64,000 nt of DNA from Thermoleophilia bacterium (GTDB lineage Bacteria; Actinomycetota; Thermoleophilia; UBA2241), in NCBI GenBank assembly GCA_035686425.1, contig DASRZL010000098.1, positions 2,761 to 66,760 on the forward strand. Reading direction: 5' to 3'. The number at the start of each line of letters is the position of its first letter. Position 1 is the stretch's first letter. Shown here piece by piece: positions 48,309 to 58,484 of this stretch. Both the position numbers and the translations under genes were made by a program. The notes under the pieces were generated by a model. That model was not told the origin of the DNA. It searched no databases and was given only the letters and a program-made list of their open reading frames with translations.

Positions 48309-50462
48309 CTAGCCGCCGGCAGCGGTCGGCGTAGTCGTCGGCGTCGGCGCAGGCGTCGTCGGCTTGGGCGTAGTCGGCGTGGGCTTGGGCGTCGTCGGCG
48401 TGGGCTTGGGCGTCGTCGGCTGCGGCTGCGGCGTGATGGTCTTGGTCGGGGTGGCGGTCGGCGACGCGCTATCGCTGGCCGACGGCGAAGCCGACGGCGA
48501 GGCCGACGTCTGCATCTTGCCCTCCCACGGGCTGAACGTCCACGGGTAGTCCTTGAAGCTCGGGTGCGATGCGCCCTTGAGCGCCGCGGCGAAGAACTTG
48601 GCCCACATCGGGGCCGAGTACGTGGCACCGTACGCGGGCATGGCAGAGCGCTCGTCGGCGTCGCCCATCCAGACGGCCCCCGCGAGCTGGGGCGTGTACC
48701 CCACGTACCAGAGGTCGGCTCCATCCTCGGTGGTCCCCGTCTTGCCGGCGCGCGGATACGGGAAGTACGAGCCCGTGGCCGAGCCGGTGCCCGACGAGGC
48801 CACGCGCTCGAGGCACTGTGTGACGACGCTGGCCACGCCGGCCGGGATGGCGCGCTTGCCCGCGGTCTTGGGCTTCCAGTCGACGCGCCCGCCGGGCATG
48901 ACCACACGGACGATCGCCTGCGGCCTGTGGCGGATGCCGCCGGCGGCCAGTGTCGCGTAGGCGTCCGCCATCTCGAGCGGTGTGACTCCGGACGTGCCCA
49001 GGGTGATGGACGGTACGGCGTCGAGCGGGCTGGTGATGCCCATGCGGTGCGCCGTATCCACGCTGTTCTTGGGGCCGACGTCGACGCTGAGCTGCGCGAA
49101 CACGACGTTGTCCGAGATCGTCGTCGCGGCGGAGACGCTCTCGGGGCCGCCGGGCCCGTCGCCGTTGACGACCCATGGCGCCGCGTAGGCGCCCATCGGG
49201 ATGATGATGGGGCTCTTGGACGAGTAGTACGTCGTGTCGGGGTTCATGCCCTGCTCGACCGCGGCAGTGAGGACGAAGGGCTTCATCGCCGAGCCTGGCT
49301 GGCGCTTGCCCTGCCAGGCGAGGTTGAACTTCTGCGTCTCGTAGTCGAGGCCGCCGACCATGGTGCGGATGTAGCCGTTGGCCGGGTCGATGGCGACGAG
49401 CGCCGCCGACGGCTTGAAGCCGAAATCGAGCGGTGACATGGTGCTCTTGATGATCTTGATGGCCTCTTTCTGCCAGTCCATGTCGATGCTCGTGTACACG
49501 CGCAGGCCGCCCTCGAAGACGGTGCGCGAGCCGTAGCGCTTGGTGAGCACGCGCGTCACGTAGTCGACGAAGTAGTCGGCCATGCTGTTGTTGGTGCTGG
49601 GCGGGTGCTTGTACACGCCCAGCTTGCTCCTCATGAGCTTGTCGGCGCGCGCCTGGCTGACGTACCCCTGATCGGCCAGCAACTGGAGGACGATGTTGCG
49701 GCGCTTGAGGGCCTGCTTGGGGTCCACCGTGGGGCTGAAGGCGCTCGGCGCCTTGGGCAGCGCGGCGAGCAGTGCTGCCTCCTTGATGGTGATCTTCGAC
49801 ACCGGCTTGTGGAAGTACGTCTGGGCCGCGGCCTGGACACCGTAGGCGCCGGCGCCGTAGGGCACGGTGTTGAGGTACTCGGTGAGGATCTTGTCCTTGC
49901 TCCACTGGTCCTCGAGCTGCCACGCCAGCACGGCCTCGCGGATCTTGCGCGTGTACGATTGCTCGTTGCCCACGTAGGCGTTCTTGATGTACTGCTCGGT
50001 GATGGTGGAGCCGCCCTGGACGACGCCCCCGGCCTTCACGTTGAGGATCACCGCGCGGGCGACTGCCTGGTAATCCACGCCGTGGTGCTCGTAGAAACGC
50101 TCGTCCTCGACGGCCACGGTGGCCTGCTTCATGATGTCCGGGATCTTGCCGCTCTTGACGAGCTCGCGGTTCTCCGCCCCATGCAATTTGGCGATGACCG
50201 CGCCGTTCCGGTCGTAGATGACCGTGTTGACGGCTGTCGGGTTCTTCTCAAGCTCCTCGAGGGACGGCAGATCGCGGGAGAGGGCATACATGGCGCCGGC
50301 GGCGACGGCCAGTCCGGCGATCATCGAGAGCAGGACGACGACGACAAAGATCTTCACGAACAGCCATTTGCGGCTGCTCGCCTTGGAGCGCTTCTTCTTG
50401 CGCTCGCGCTGGCGCCGTGGGAGGTCCTCGGGCCCTACGGTGTATCTCGTGTATTCAGCCAT
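48309..50462 (-). CDS. Class A penicillin-binding protein (PBP1A; transglycosylase + transpeptidase)
   Basis: EDERFYEH, GGSTITEQ, RKIRE; SAMK (SxxK), SDN, KTG; Pro/Thr tail. Confidence 0.95.
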   Translation of the reverse strand: MAEYTRYTVGPEDLPRRQRERKKKRSKASSRKWLFVKIFVVVVLLSMIAGLAVAAGAMYALSRDLPSLEELEKNPTAVNTVIYDRNGAVIAKLHGAENRELVKSGKIPDIMKQATVAVEDERFYEHHGVDYQAVARAVILNVKAGGVVQGGSTITEQYIKNAYVGNEQSYTRKIREAVLAWQLEDQWSKDKILTEYLNTVPYGAGAYGVQAAAQTYFHKPVSKITIKEAALLAALPKAPSAFSPTVDPKQALKRRNIVLQLLADQGYVSQARADKLMRSKLGVYKHPPSTNNSMADYFVDYVTRVLTKRYGSRTVFEGGLRVYTSIDMDWQKEAIKIIKSTMSPLDFGFKPSAALVAIDPANGYIRTMVGGLDYETQKFNLAWQGKRQPGSAMKPFVLTAAVEQGMNPDTTYYSSKSPIIIPMGAYAAPWVVNGDGPGGPESVSAATTISDNVVFAQLSVDVGPKNSVDTAHRMGITSPLDAVPSITLGTSGVTPLEMADAYATLAAGGIRHRPQAIVRVVMPGGRVDWKPKTAGKRAIPAGVASVVTQCLERVASSGTGSATGSYFPYPRAGKTGTTEDGADLWYVGYTPQLAGAVWMGDADERSAMPAYGATYSAPMWAKFFAAALKGASHPSFKDYPWTFSPWEGKMQTSASPSASPSASDSASPTATPTKTITPQPQPTTPKPTPTTPKPTPTTPKPTTPAPTPTTTPTAAGG
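48361..48423. repeat. 21-bp tandem repeat (x3) encoding the PTTPKPT linker of PBP1A
   Basis: GGCTTGGGCGT(A/C)GTCGGCGTG units read directly. Confidence 0.85.
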
Positions 50463-50509
50463 GACTCATCATTGTACTCGACAGGGGACGCGTCGGCCCC
50501 CGGCCGCGT

Positions 50510-51313
50510 TCACGCAGGCGCGCGGCTGGGGGAGTCGTCGCCGTCGCCGGAGTCTCCCGTGGCGACTTGCGTCTCCTTCTTCGGCTGGACGAAGCGGGCG
50601 AGGACGATCGACACCTCGTAGAGGATGTAGAGCGGCAGGAACATCGCCAGCATGGAGAAGGCGTCCTGGCTGGGGGTGATGAAGGCGGCGGACACGGCGA
50701 GGATGATCACCGCCCAGCGGCGGTTCTTGCGCAGGAACTTGTCGTCGACCACGCCGACCTTGGCCAGGAGCACGAGGATCACGGGGAGCTCGAAGACCAC
50801 GCCGAAGGCGAGGATGAAAAGCGCCATGAAGATGAAGTACTCGCTGGCGCGGAGCTGCACGTTGAAGTAGCCGGCGCTGAACGTCAGCAGGAACGCCAGG
50901 CCCTTGGGAAGGACCAGGAAGTAGCCCAGCGCCAATCCGGCGAAGAACAGCATGGACGAGGCGAAGACCACGGGGTAGAAGTAGCGTTTCTCGCCCTCGG
51001 TGAACGCGGGGGACAGGAACGCCCAGAGCTGCCAGATGAGGAACGGCGACGCCATGATGATGCCGCCGACGACCCACACCTTGAGGCTGACCATGAACGG
51101 CTCGGCCGGGCTGAACGTGGTGATCGTCTGCGCCGACTCGGGCAGACCGGGGACCTGGCGCAGAGGGTACAGCAGGATGTCGAACATGAAGTCGCTGAAG
51201 ATCGCCGCGAGGAGCACGCCGACGGTCACGGCGATCATGGACAGGAACAGGCGACGGCGGAGCTCGTCGAGGTGTTCGAACAGCGTCAGACGATCCTCGG
51301 CGCTGAGGGCCAC
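50510..51313 (-). CDS. tatC: Twin-arginine translocase subunit TatC
   Basis: LFEHLDELRRR, SPAEPF, WQLWAFLSPA, FELP, ITPSQD. Confidence 0.95.
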   Translation of the reverse strand: MALSAEDRLTLFEHLDELRRRLFLSMIAVTVGVLLAAIFSDFMFDILLYPLRQVPGLPESAQTITTFSPAEPFMVSLKVWVVGGIIMASPFLIWQLWAFLSPAFTEGEKRYFYPVVFASSMLFFAGLALGYFLVLPKGLAFLLTFSAGYFNVQLRASEYFIFMALFILAFGVVFELPVILVLLAKVGVVDDKFLRKNRRWAVIILAVSAAFITPSQDAFSMLAMFLPLYILYEVSIVLARFVQPKKETQVATGDSGDGDDSPSRAPA

Positions 51314-51317
51314 GCGG

Positions 51318-51794
51318 TCAGGCTCCCGTCGGGGGTCCGCCGGCCGTTCCGGCGCCGGCGGACACGGTGTCTTCGGGCGCCTCAGGCGCCTCGGGCGCCT
51401 CGGGCGCGACGGCGAGCGCCTCCGTCTCCGGCGTGACGGCAGGGGCCTCTGGACCCGGCGCCGTGGCGGGCGTCTCCGGCTCGGACGCGCCGGCGCCGGC
51501 GAGGCCGGCGGCCGCGGCCGCTCCGGACGCCGCCGCATCCTTGCCGGCGACCGGAGCCTCGATCGCCGACTTGAGGTCGACGCTCGACTTGAGGTCGCCG
51601 AAGGTGCCCTTGACCTCGTTGATCTGGTCTGTGACCTCGCTGAGGCCGAGCTCGGACTTGGCGGTCTCCGCCGCCTTGCGGAACTCGCGCACGCCCTTGC
51701 CCAGCGACCTGCCCATCTGCGGCAAGCGCTTGGGCCCGAAGACGAGCAGGGCGATGATGAGGACGACGATGATCTCGGTGGGACCTATGTTCAC
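51318..51794 (-). CDS. tatA: Twin-arginine translocase TatA/TatB subunit
   Basis: IGPTEIIVVLIIALLVFGPKRLPQMGRSLGKGVREF with a low-complexity tail. Confidence 0.9.
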   Translation of the reverse strand: MNIGPTEIIVVLIIALLVFGPKRLPQMGRSLGKGVREFRKAAETAKSELGLSEVTDQINEVKGTFGDLKSSVDLKSAIEAPVAGKDAAASGAAAAAGLAGAGASEPETPATAPGPEAPAVTPETEALAVAPEAPEAPEAPEDTVSAGAGTAGGPPTGA

Positions 51795-51964
51795 GTGGGG
51801 GGCACCTCTGACCGGGGGAATCGTGCCGCTCCATCGTACGAGCCGGAGGGCCGAAGTGCAACGCGGCCGCTTTCGGCAATCAAAGAAAGTGGCGCCGCAC
51901 AGGCCGAATCGGCGGGGGATGTCGTGATTACCCTGCACAGAACGGATATTCCGGGGTACCCCCA

Positions 51965-52010
51965 CCGGTTTGCGTGCAAGTTGCGTCCTGCAAACCGGCT
52001 TTGGTAGAGT
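51965..52010 (+). promoter_or_regulatory. nuo operon promoter with flanking 9-bp inverted repeat
   Basis: TTGCGT (51981) ... TG-G-TAGAGT (52005); CCGGTTTGC-N16-GCAAACCGG brackets the -35. Confidence 0.5.
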
Positions 52011-52065
52011 ACGCGGGCCGTCCGGCGGCTCCCAGGGGGGGAGCCCGGGCGTCGCAACCTATCGA

Positions 52066-52434
52066 ATGACGAACGCATACCTCACTGACTGGTTGTATGT
52101 CTGGCTGTTCATCGTCGCCGGAGCGGGTCTGGTCGTCCTCATCCTGCTCTTCTCCAAGCTCATCAACCCGAGCCACCTCACAGCGGAGAAGCTGCAGCCG
52201 TACGAGTGCGGCATCCCGCCGGTCGGCAACCCGTGGCAGCCGTTCGCCGTACGGTACTTCGTGTTCGGACTCCTCTTCCTCGTCTTCGACGTGGAGGCGG
52301 CCTTCCTGTTCCCGTGGGCGATCGTCTTCCGCTCGCTGGGCGCAGCGGGGTTCATCGAGATGCTGTTGTTCATCGCGGTGCTCGCCTTCGGCCTGCTCTA
52401 CGCGTGGCGCAAGGGGGCCCTCGAGTGGGCATGA
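52066..52434 (+). CDS. nuoA: NADH-quinone oxidoreductase subunit A
   Basis: [20 protein letters not shown]. Confidence 0.95.
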   Translation: MTNAYLTDWLYVWLFIVAGAGLVVLILLFSKLINPSHLTAEKLQPYECGIPPVGNPWQPFAVRYFVFGLLFLVFDVEAAFLFPWAIVFRSLGAAGFIEMLLFIAVLAFGLLYAWRKGALEWA

Positions 52435-52982
52435 GTGAGCGTGCCAAGACGATCCGCTACCCCAAGCTGGAGCATTTCAGCGAGCCGAACGTCATCACCA
52501 CCACCGCCGATTTCATCTTCAGCTGGGCGCGCTCGCACTCGGTCTTCCCGTTCACCTACGGCCTCGCCTGCTGCGCCATCGAGATGCTCAGCTCCGGGTT
52601 CGCCCGCTACGACGTCGCCCGGTACGGCATGGAGGTCTTTCGCCCCACGCCCCGACAGTGCGATCTCATGATCGTGGCGGGCACCGTCAACGAGAAGATG
52701 GCTCCAGTCCTCAAGCGCCTGTACGACCAGATGTCGGAGCCCAAGTGGGTCATCAGCATGGGCGCCTGCGCCACCAGCGGCGGGCCGTTCTACGACGGCT
52801 ACAACGTCGTCAACGGTGTCGACAAGATCGTGCCGGTCGACGTCTACATCCCCGGCTGCCCGCCGCGCCCCGAGGCGTTGTTCCAGGGCCTGCTGGAGTT
52901 GCAGGGCAAGATCCAGCAGCACAAGTTCGTCCCCGAGAAGCCGGCGGCGCCCGAGACGGCCGCCCCGGCCGTGGAGGCCTGA
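52431..52982 (+). CDS. nuoB: NADH-quinone oxidoreductase subunit B
   Basis: [24 protein letters not shown] (N2 ligands). Confidence 0.96.
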   Translation: MSERAKTIRYPKLEHFSEPNVITTTADFIFSWARSHSVFPFTYGLACCAIEMLSSGFARYDVARYGMEVFRPTPRQCDLMIVAGTVNEKMAPVLKRLYDQMSEPKWVISMGACATSGGPFYDGYNVVNGVDKIVPVDVYIPGCPPRPEALFQGLLELQGKIQQHKFVPEKPAAPETAAPAVEA

Positions 52983-52986
52983 GCGC

Positions 52987-53481
52987 GTGGGCCTCACCGT
53001 CGGCAGCAACCCCATGAGCATGGACGCGATCGCCGAGCTGCTCGCCGAGCGCTTCGCCGGCGACCTCGCCGACGTGCGCATCCAGGAGCCGGACACCATC
53101 GTCGCCCGGGCGCCACGCGAGAAGCTCAAGGACCTCGCCGCGCGCCTCAAGGCGGACCCCGACGCCGGCTACGAGACGCTCAACTGGATCGCGGGCGTCG
53201 ACCGTCAGACCGGGTTCGAGAGCGTCTACCACGTGTACTCGTGGAAGACGAACACCTACCTCGAGCTGCACGTCGACCTGCCGCGCGAGAGGCCGGAGGT
53301 CGACACGGTCACCGCTGTCTGGCCGGCGGCCGACTGGCACGAGCGCGAGTCGTGGGACATGGTCGGCATCGTCTACGTCGGCCACCCCGACCTGCGCCGC
53401 ATCCTGCTCAAGGACGACTTCGTCGGCCACCCGCTGCGCAAAGACTACGTCGACCTCGCGGCGAACCACCCGCATGCCTGA
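52987..53481 (+). CDS. nuoC: NADH-quinone oxidoreductase subunit C
   Basis: ADWHERE.WDM.GI...GHPDLRRIL...F.GHPLRKDY. Start is GTG 52987 or ATG 53014. Confidence 0.93.
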   Translation: MGLTVGSNPMSMDAIAELLAERFAGDLADVRIQEPDTIVARAPREKLKDLAARLKADPDAGYETLNWIAGVDRQTGFESVYHVYSWKTNTYLELHVDLPRERPEVDTVTAVWPAADWHERESWDMVGIVYVGHPDLRRILLKDDFVGHPLRKDYVDLAANHPHA

Positions 53482-54688
53482 CCAGTTCGCCACCGCCGAG
53501 CCGGACGAAGCCGTGAAGCTCGCGCTGCGCCGTATCGAAGAGGCGACGGCGCGGGGCGAGGGCTCCGACGTCGACGGTCTCGCCTTCAACGAGGTCGTGG
53601 TCAACATGGGGCCGCAGCACCCCAGCACGCACGGCGTGCTGCGCCTGGTCGTGACTCTCGACGGCGAGCTCGTCAAGGACGTCATCCCGGTCATCGGCTA
53701 CCTGCACCGCTGCAAGGAGAAGCTCGCCGAGCGGCGCACGTACTTCCAGTACATCCCGATCGTCGACCGCACCGAGTACGTCGCCAGCATCAACTGCGAG
53801 TGGGCGTACGTGATGGCGGTCGAGAAGCTCGCCGGCATCCAGGTGACGCGGCGGGCGGAGTTCATCCGCGTCATCACCGGCGAGCTCATGCGCATCGCCA
53901 GCCACCTGGTGGCGGTCGGCACCTTCACCGCCGACCTCTCGCCGCTGGGGACGGCCATGGTGTTCTACATGTTCCGCGAGCGCGAACAGATCCTCGACCT
54001 CATGGAGCAGCTCACGGGCGCGCGCATGATGTTCAACTACTTCCGCTTCGGCGGCGTGCGCTACGACCTGCCTGACGGCTGGGTCGAGCGGTGTCGCGAC
54101 TTCCTCGCGAAGTTCCCGAAGCTCATCAAGGAGTACGAGGCCCTCGTCGACGACAACGCCATCTTCCTGCAGCGCACGCAGGGCAAAGGCGTCATCACGC
54201 AGCAGGACGTCGTCGACTACGGGATCACCGGTCCCAACGCGCGCGCGTCCGGCATCGACCTGGACCTGCGGCGCACGCGTCCGTACTCGGTGTATCCGGA
54301 GCTTGACTTCGCGCTCTGCACCGAGCAGCACGGCGACATCTTCGACCGCTACCGGGTGCGCATGGAAGAGATGCGCGAGAGCGTCAAGATCATCGAGCAG
54401 TGTCTGGATATGCTCCCGATGGGACCCGTGCAGGTTGGTTCGCTGCGCGCCCCGTACGTGATCACGCCGCCGCCCGGATCGTGCTACGTCGGCCAGGAGA
54501 ACCCGCGCGGCGAGTACGGCACCTACATCGAGAGCGACGGGTCGCGGTATCCGTACCGTCTCAAGTTCCGCGACCCCTGCTTCTGCAACCTGCAGATCTT
54601 CCCGAAGCTCCTCAGCGGCAACAAGATCGCCGATGCCGTCGCCATCTCGGGCAGCATCGACCTCGTGCTGGGAGGGATCGACCGCTAA
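53474..54688 (+). CDS. nuoD: NADH-quinone oxidoreductase subunit D
   Basis: NMGPQHPSTHGVLRL, GYLHR, DRTEY, ENPRGE, C-terminal D.VLGGIDR. Confidence 0.95.
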   Translation: MPDQFATAEPDEAVKLALRRIEEATARGEGSDVDGLAFNEVVVNMGPQHPSTHGVLRLVVTLDGELVKDVIPVIGYLHRCKEKLAERRTYFQYIPIVDRTEYVASINCEWAYVMAVEKLAGIQVTRRAEFIRVITGELMRIASHLVAVGTFTADLSPLGTAMVFYMFREREQILDLMEQLTGARMMFNYFRFGGVRYDLPDGWVERCRDFLAKFPKLIKEYEALVDDNAIFLQRTQGKGVITQQDVVDYGITGPNARASGIDLDLRRTRPYSVYPELDFALCTEQHGDIFDRYRVRMEEMRESVKIIEQCLDMLPMGPVQVGSLRAPYVITPPPGSCYVGQENPRGEYGTYIESDGSRYPYRLKFRDPCFCNLQIFPKLLSGNKIADAVAISGSIDLVLGGIDR

Positions 54689-54689
54689 G

Positions 54690-55808
54690 GTGGATATCTT
54701 CCTCGGCATCCTCCGTGCCATCCTCTTCGTCGTCATCGCGTACGCTGTGGTGTTCGTGGCGGCGCTGGTGAACATCCTCTTCGAGCGTCGCGTCCTTGCG
54801 TTCATGCAGGACCGCCTCGGTCCCAATCGAACGGGCCCGCAGGGCGTGCTGCAGAGCGTCGCCGACGCGTTCAAGATGATGGGCAAGGAGGACTTCCGGC
54901 CGCTCCTCGCCGACCCGTTCCTCTTCACGCTCGCGCCGGTGACGGTCATGATCGGCGCCGTGGCCGTCCAGCTCGTCGTGCCGTACACCGGCGGGCTCAT
55001 GGGGACGAGCCTCAACGTCGGCATCATCTTCCTCGTCGCGATCACGAGCTTCACGACCCTGTCGATCCTGCTCGGCGGCTGGTCGTCGCGCAACAAGTAC
55101 TCGCTCGTCGGAGCGCTGCGCGCCGCCGCCCAGATGATCAGCTACGAGATCCCGATGATCCTCGGCCTGCTCGTGGTGGCGATGATCGTCGGCTCGCTGC
55201 GCGTCGACGTGGTCGTCGCCTTCCAGGCCGGCTACGAGTGGATCGGCTTGTACGCGCCGTTCACCTTCCTCATCTTCTACATCGCCTCCATCGCCGAGCT
55301 GAACCGCGGCCCCTTCGACCTTCCCGAGTCCGAGTCGGAGCTCGTGTCCGGCTACGGCACCGAGTACTCGGGCATGCGCTTCGGCATGTTCTTCCTGAAC
55401 GAGTACGCCGGGATGACGATCATGTCCATGGTAGCCGTCACGCTGTTCTTCGGCGGCTGGATGGGGCCGGGCGCCGGCGCGATCCAGTTCTGGGGCGTCT
55501 CCTGGATCGGGCTGATCTGGTTCCTCGTCAAGACGTATGCGCTGGTCTTCGCGCTGGTCTGGATCAGGCTCTCGCTGCCGCGCCTCCAGGTCGACCAGCT
55601 CATGGCCTTCGCCTGGAAGATCCTCATCCCGCTCGGGCTCGTCAACATCCTCGCCACCGCGGCGATCATGCTGTGGGTGCCGAGCTGGAAGTGGGGCCTC
55701 GCGATCTTCAGCTGGGTCTCGTTCCTCGCCTTCGTCGGCCTCCTGGACCCCATCCTCAAGCGTCGCCTGCGCAAGCAGCGTGAGCGCCAGCCGGTGGTGA
55801 CTGCCTGA
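54690..55808 (+). CDS. nuoH: NADH-quinone oxidoreductase subunit H
   Basis: ERR.LA.MQ.R.GPNR, DAFK..GKED, SYE, NR.PFDLPESESELVSG. Confidence 0.95.
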   Translation: MDIFLGILRAILFVVIAYAVVFVAALVNILFERRVLAFMQDRLGPNRTGPQGVLQSVADAFKMMGKEDFRPLLADPFLFTLAPVTVMIGAVAVQLVVPYTGGLMGTSLNVGIIFLVAITSFTTLSILLGGWSSRNKYSLVGALRAAAQMISYEIPMILGLLVVAMIVGSLRVDVVVAFQAGYEWIGLYAPFTFLIFYIASIAELNRGPFDLPESESELVSGYGTEYSGMRFGMFFLNEYAGMTIMSMVAVTLFFGGWMGPGAGAIQFWGVSWIGLIWFLVKTYALVFALVWIRLSLPRLQVDQLMAFAWKILIPLGLVNILATAAIMLWVPSWKWGLAIFSWVSFLAFVGLLDPILKRRLRKQRERQPVVTA

Positions 55809-56569
55809 TGCTCGGCATGTTCAAGGCGATGCGCACGACGCTCAAGCATCTGCCCATGAAGAAGATCACGGTGCAGTACCCGGAGCAGCGGGAGGTACTG
55901 CCGGCGCGCAGCCGGGGTCTCTTCCGCGTGGTCATCGACCCCTCCAACGGCGAGCCCCGCTGCCGCTCGTGCACGCTGTGCGAGAGCAACTGCCCCGTCC
56001 AGGTGATCCGCGTGAACCACACGAGCAAGTACCTGCTGCCGGTGCCCAACGCGGCGCGCATCGCCGAGGCGCGCCTGGCCGCGCAGCAGGGCATCGAACT
56101 CAAGGACCTGCAGCCCGTGCTCGACGACTACTACGAGCACGGCACCGGCCTCATCGCCATGCTGCAGAACGCGCAGGAGGTCTACGGCTACCTGCCGCGC
56201 ATCGCCCTCCAGGAGATCAGCCTGCAAACGGGCGTCTCGCTCAGCCAGCTCTACGGCGTCTCGAGCTTCTACAACCAGTTCCGGCTCTCACCGGTCGGCG
56301 AGTACATCATCGACGTCTGCCACGGCACCGCCTGCCACGTCGCGGGGGCGGTCCAGATCACCGAGGCCTTGGAGGAGGAGCTCGGGGTCGCCGACGGCAA
56401 GACGACCACCGACATGAAGTTCACGCTCTCGTCGGTCGCCTGCATGGGCGCCTGCTCGCAGGCGCCCGTCATGCGCATCGGCGACCAGACCTACGGCGGT
56501 CTCACCCCTGACCAGACACGCAAGATCATCCGCGACCTCATGGAAGAGGTCGGCGGTACGAAGGGGTGA
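55808..56569 (+). CDS. nuoI/nuoE: Fusion: N-terminal half of NuoI (one CxxCxxCxxxCP) + NuoE/HydC [2Fe-2S] domain
   Basis: aa 1-70 read TVQYPE...RG...CRSCTLCESNCP. From about aa 97 it reads LQNAQEVYGYLP...SFY.QF, VCHGTACH, ACMGAC. Confidence 0.88.
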   Translation: MLGMFKAMRTTLKHLPMKKITVQYPEQREVLPARSRGLFRVVIDPSNGEPRCRSCTLCESNCPVQVIRVNHTSKYLLPVPNAARIAEARLAAQQGIELKDLQPVLDDYYEHGTGLIAMLQNAQEVYGYLPRIALQEISLQTGVSLSQLYGVSSFYNQFRLSPVGEYIIDVCHGTACHVAGAVQITEALEEELGVADGKTTTDMKFTLSSVACMGACSQAPVMRIGDQTYGGLTPDQTRKIIRDLMEEVGGTKG

Positions 56570-58482
56570 GCAGAAGCACCATGACTGACGACATCACCAC
56601 CCCGCGCCCCGACACCGAGGGCCGCAACGTCAGCGTCGCCGCGCGTCCGGGCGGAGGCTACAACGTCAAGGTCTGCGCCGGCACGGCCTGCTTGTTCGCC
56701 GGCTCGATGGCCGTGTACGACGCCTTCGTCCAGGAGGTCCAGACCGCCGGGCTCGGCGACAAGGTCGAGCTGAGCCTCATCGGCTGCCACGGCCTCTGTT
56801 CGATGAGCCCTGTCGTGGTGCTCAGCGACGACACGCTGTACGGCCACCTCAAGCCCAAGGACGTCGCCAAGGTCGTCGAGGAGCACCTGAAGGGCGGCCA
56901 GCCTGTCGAGCGCTTCCTCTACAAGGACGCGCAGACCGGCGAGCGCATCCGAAACTGGAAGGACATCGGGTTCTACAGGCTGCAGACGCGCATCGCGCTG
57001 CGCGACGTCGGCGTCATCAACCCGGAGACCATCGACGCCTATATCGCCGTCGGCGGCTACGAGGCCGCCAGGATGGCGCTCACCGAGAAGACGCCCGAGT
57101 GGATCATCGAGCACGTCACCGACTCGGGTATCCGCGGTCGCGGCGGCGCGGGGTTCCCGACCGGCGTCAAGTGGAAGTTCGCCAATCAGTCCAAGAGCGA
57201 CGAGAAGTACCTCATCTGCAACGCCGACGAGGGCGACCCCGGGGCGTTCATGGACTGCTCGATCCTCGAGGGCGACCCGCACGTCGTCATCGAGGGCATG
57301 ATCATCGGCAGCTACGCCATCGGCGCGCACGAGGGCTACGTGTACGTGCGCGCCGAGTACCCGACGGCCGTCAAGCGCCTCACCATGGCGGTCGCCGCCG
57401 CTGAGGAGCGCGGCTTCCTGGGCAAGGACGTCTTCGGCACCGGCTGGGAGTTCAACGTCCACCTCAAGCTCGGCGCCGGCGCGTTCGTCTGCGGTGAGGA
57501 GACGGCGCTCATCGCCTCCATCGAGGGCAAGCGCGGCATGCCGCGCACGCGGCCGCCGTTCCCTGCGGTCTCGGGCCTCTGGGGCAAGCCCACGAACATC
57601 AACAACGTCGAGACCTTCTCGAACATCCCGTGGATCATCAAGAACGGCGCCCAGGCCTACTCCGCGCTCGGCGCCGAGACCAGCCGCGGCACGAAGGCCT
57701 TCAGCCTCGCCGGCAAGGTGGTCAACGGCGGCCTCGTCGAGGTGCCCATGGGATCGAGCCTCCGGCATCTGATCTTCGACGTCGGCGGCGGCATCAAGGA
57801 CGGCAAGAAGTTCAAGGCCGTGCAGCTCGGCGGCCCGTCCGGCGGGTGCGTGCCGGCGAGCCTGCTCGATACGCCGGTCGACTACGAGAGCCTGGCCGCG
57901 ACCGGCGCCATCGTCGGCTCCGGCGGCATGGTCGTGGTCGACGAGGAGACCTGCATGGTCGACCTGGCGCGCTTCTTCCTCGACTTCACGCAGAAGGAGT
58001 CGTGCGGCAAGTGCGTCCCCTGCCGCCTCGGCACCAAGCGCATGCTCGAGACGCTCGACCGCATCAGGAAGGGCGATGGGCGCGAGGGAGACATCGAGCT
58101 GCTCGAGGAGATGGGCCACTACATCATCGAAGGCAGCCTGTGCGCCCTCGGCGGGACCGCCCCGAACCCCGTGCTCACCACGATCAAGTACTTCCGCGAC
58201 GAGTACGAGGCCCACATCCGCGAGAAGCGGTGTCCGGCCGGCAAGTGCAAGGAGCTGATCACCTACTACATCGACGCCGAGGCCTGCACCGGCTGCACCC
58301 TGTGCGCCAAGAAGTGCCCCACCTTGTGCATCACCGGCGAGAAGAAGCAGCTGCACGTCATCGACGCGGCCGACTGCATCAAGTGCGACACCTGCCGCCA
58401 GGTCTGCAAGTTCGACGCCGTCAAGGTGCGCTCGGGCATCGAGCACGCAGTGGCCGGCGCCGGCGAAGGAGCTGAGGCCTGA
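56566..58482 (+). CDS. nuoF: NuoF/HydB-type FMN/NAD(H) subunit with extra N-terminal [2Fe-2S] and C-terminal 2x[4Fe-4S] domains
   Basis: CAGTAC...GCHGLC, GRGGAGFP, NADEGDPGAFMD, GAFVCGEETAL, ESCGKCVPC, CTGCTLC..CP / CIKCDTC..C. Confidence 0.92.
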   Translation: MSRSTMTDDITTPRPDTEGRNVSVAARPGGGYNVKVCAGTACLFAGSMAVYDAFVQEVQTAGLGDKVELSLIGCHGLCSMSPVVVLSDDTLYGHLKPKDVAKVVEEHLKGGQPVERFLYKDAQTGERIRNWKDIGFYRLQTRIALRDVGVINPETIDAYIAVGGYEAARMALTEKTPEWIIEHVTDSGIRGRGGAGFPTGVKWKFANQSKSDEKYLICNADEGDPGAFMDCSILEGDPHVVIEGMIIGSYAIGAHEGYVYVRAEYPTAVKRLTMAVAAAEERGFLGKDVFGTGWEFNVHLKLGAGAFVCGEETALIASIEGKRGMPRTRPPFPAVSGLWGKPTNINNVETFSNIPWIIKNGAQAYSALGAETSRGTKAFSLAGKVVNGGLVEVPMGSSLRHLIFDVGGGIKDGKKFKAVQLGGPSGGCVPASLLDTPVDYESLAATGAIVGSGGMVVVDEETCMVDLARFFLDFTQKESCGKCVPCRLGTKRMLETLDRIRKGDGREGDIELLEEMGHYIIEGSLCALGGTAPNPVLTTIKYFRDEYEAHIREKRCPAGKCKELITYYIDAEACTGCTLCAKKCPTLCITGEKKQLHVIDAADCIKCDTCRQVCKFDAVKVRSGIEHAVAGAGEGAEA

Positions 58483-58484
58483 CC

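Noticed and set aside
48340-48430. Tandem repeats as a possible CRISPR array
   Set aside because: They are 21-bp units with no spacers, encoding the PTTPKPT linker of PBP1A; no cas genes are present.
53474-54688. NuoD as a group 4 [NiFe]-hydrogenase large subunit (contains RDPCFC)
   Set aside because: There is no N-terminal RxCxxC or terminal DPCxxC pair; the quinone-site His/Tyr and the NuoD C-terminus are present.
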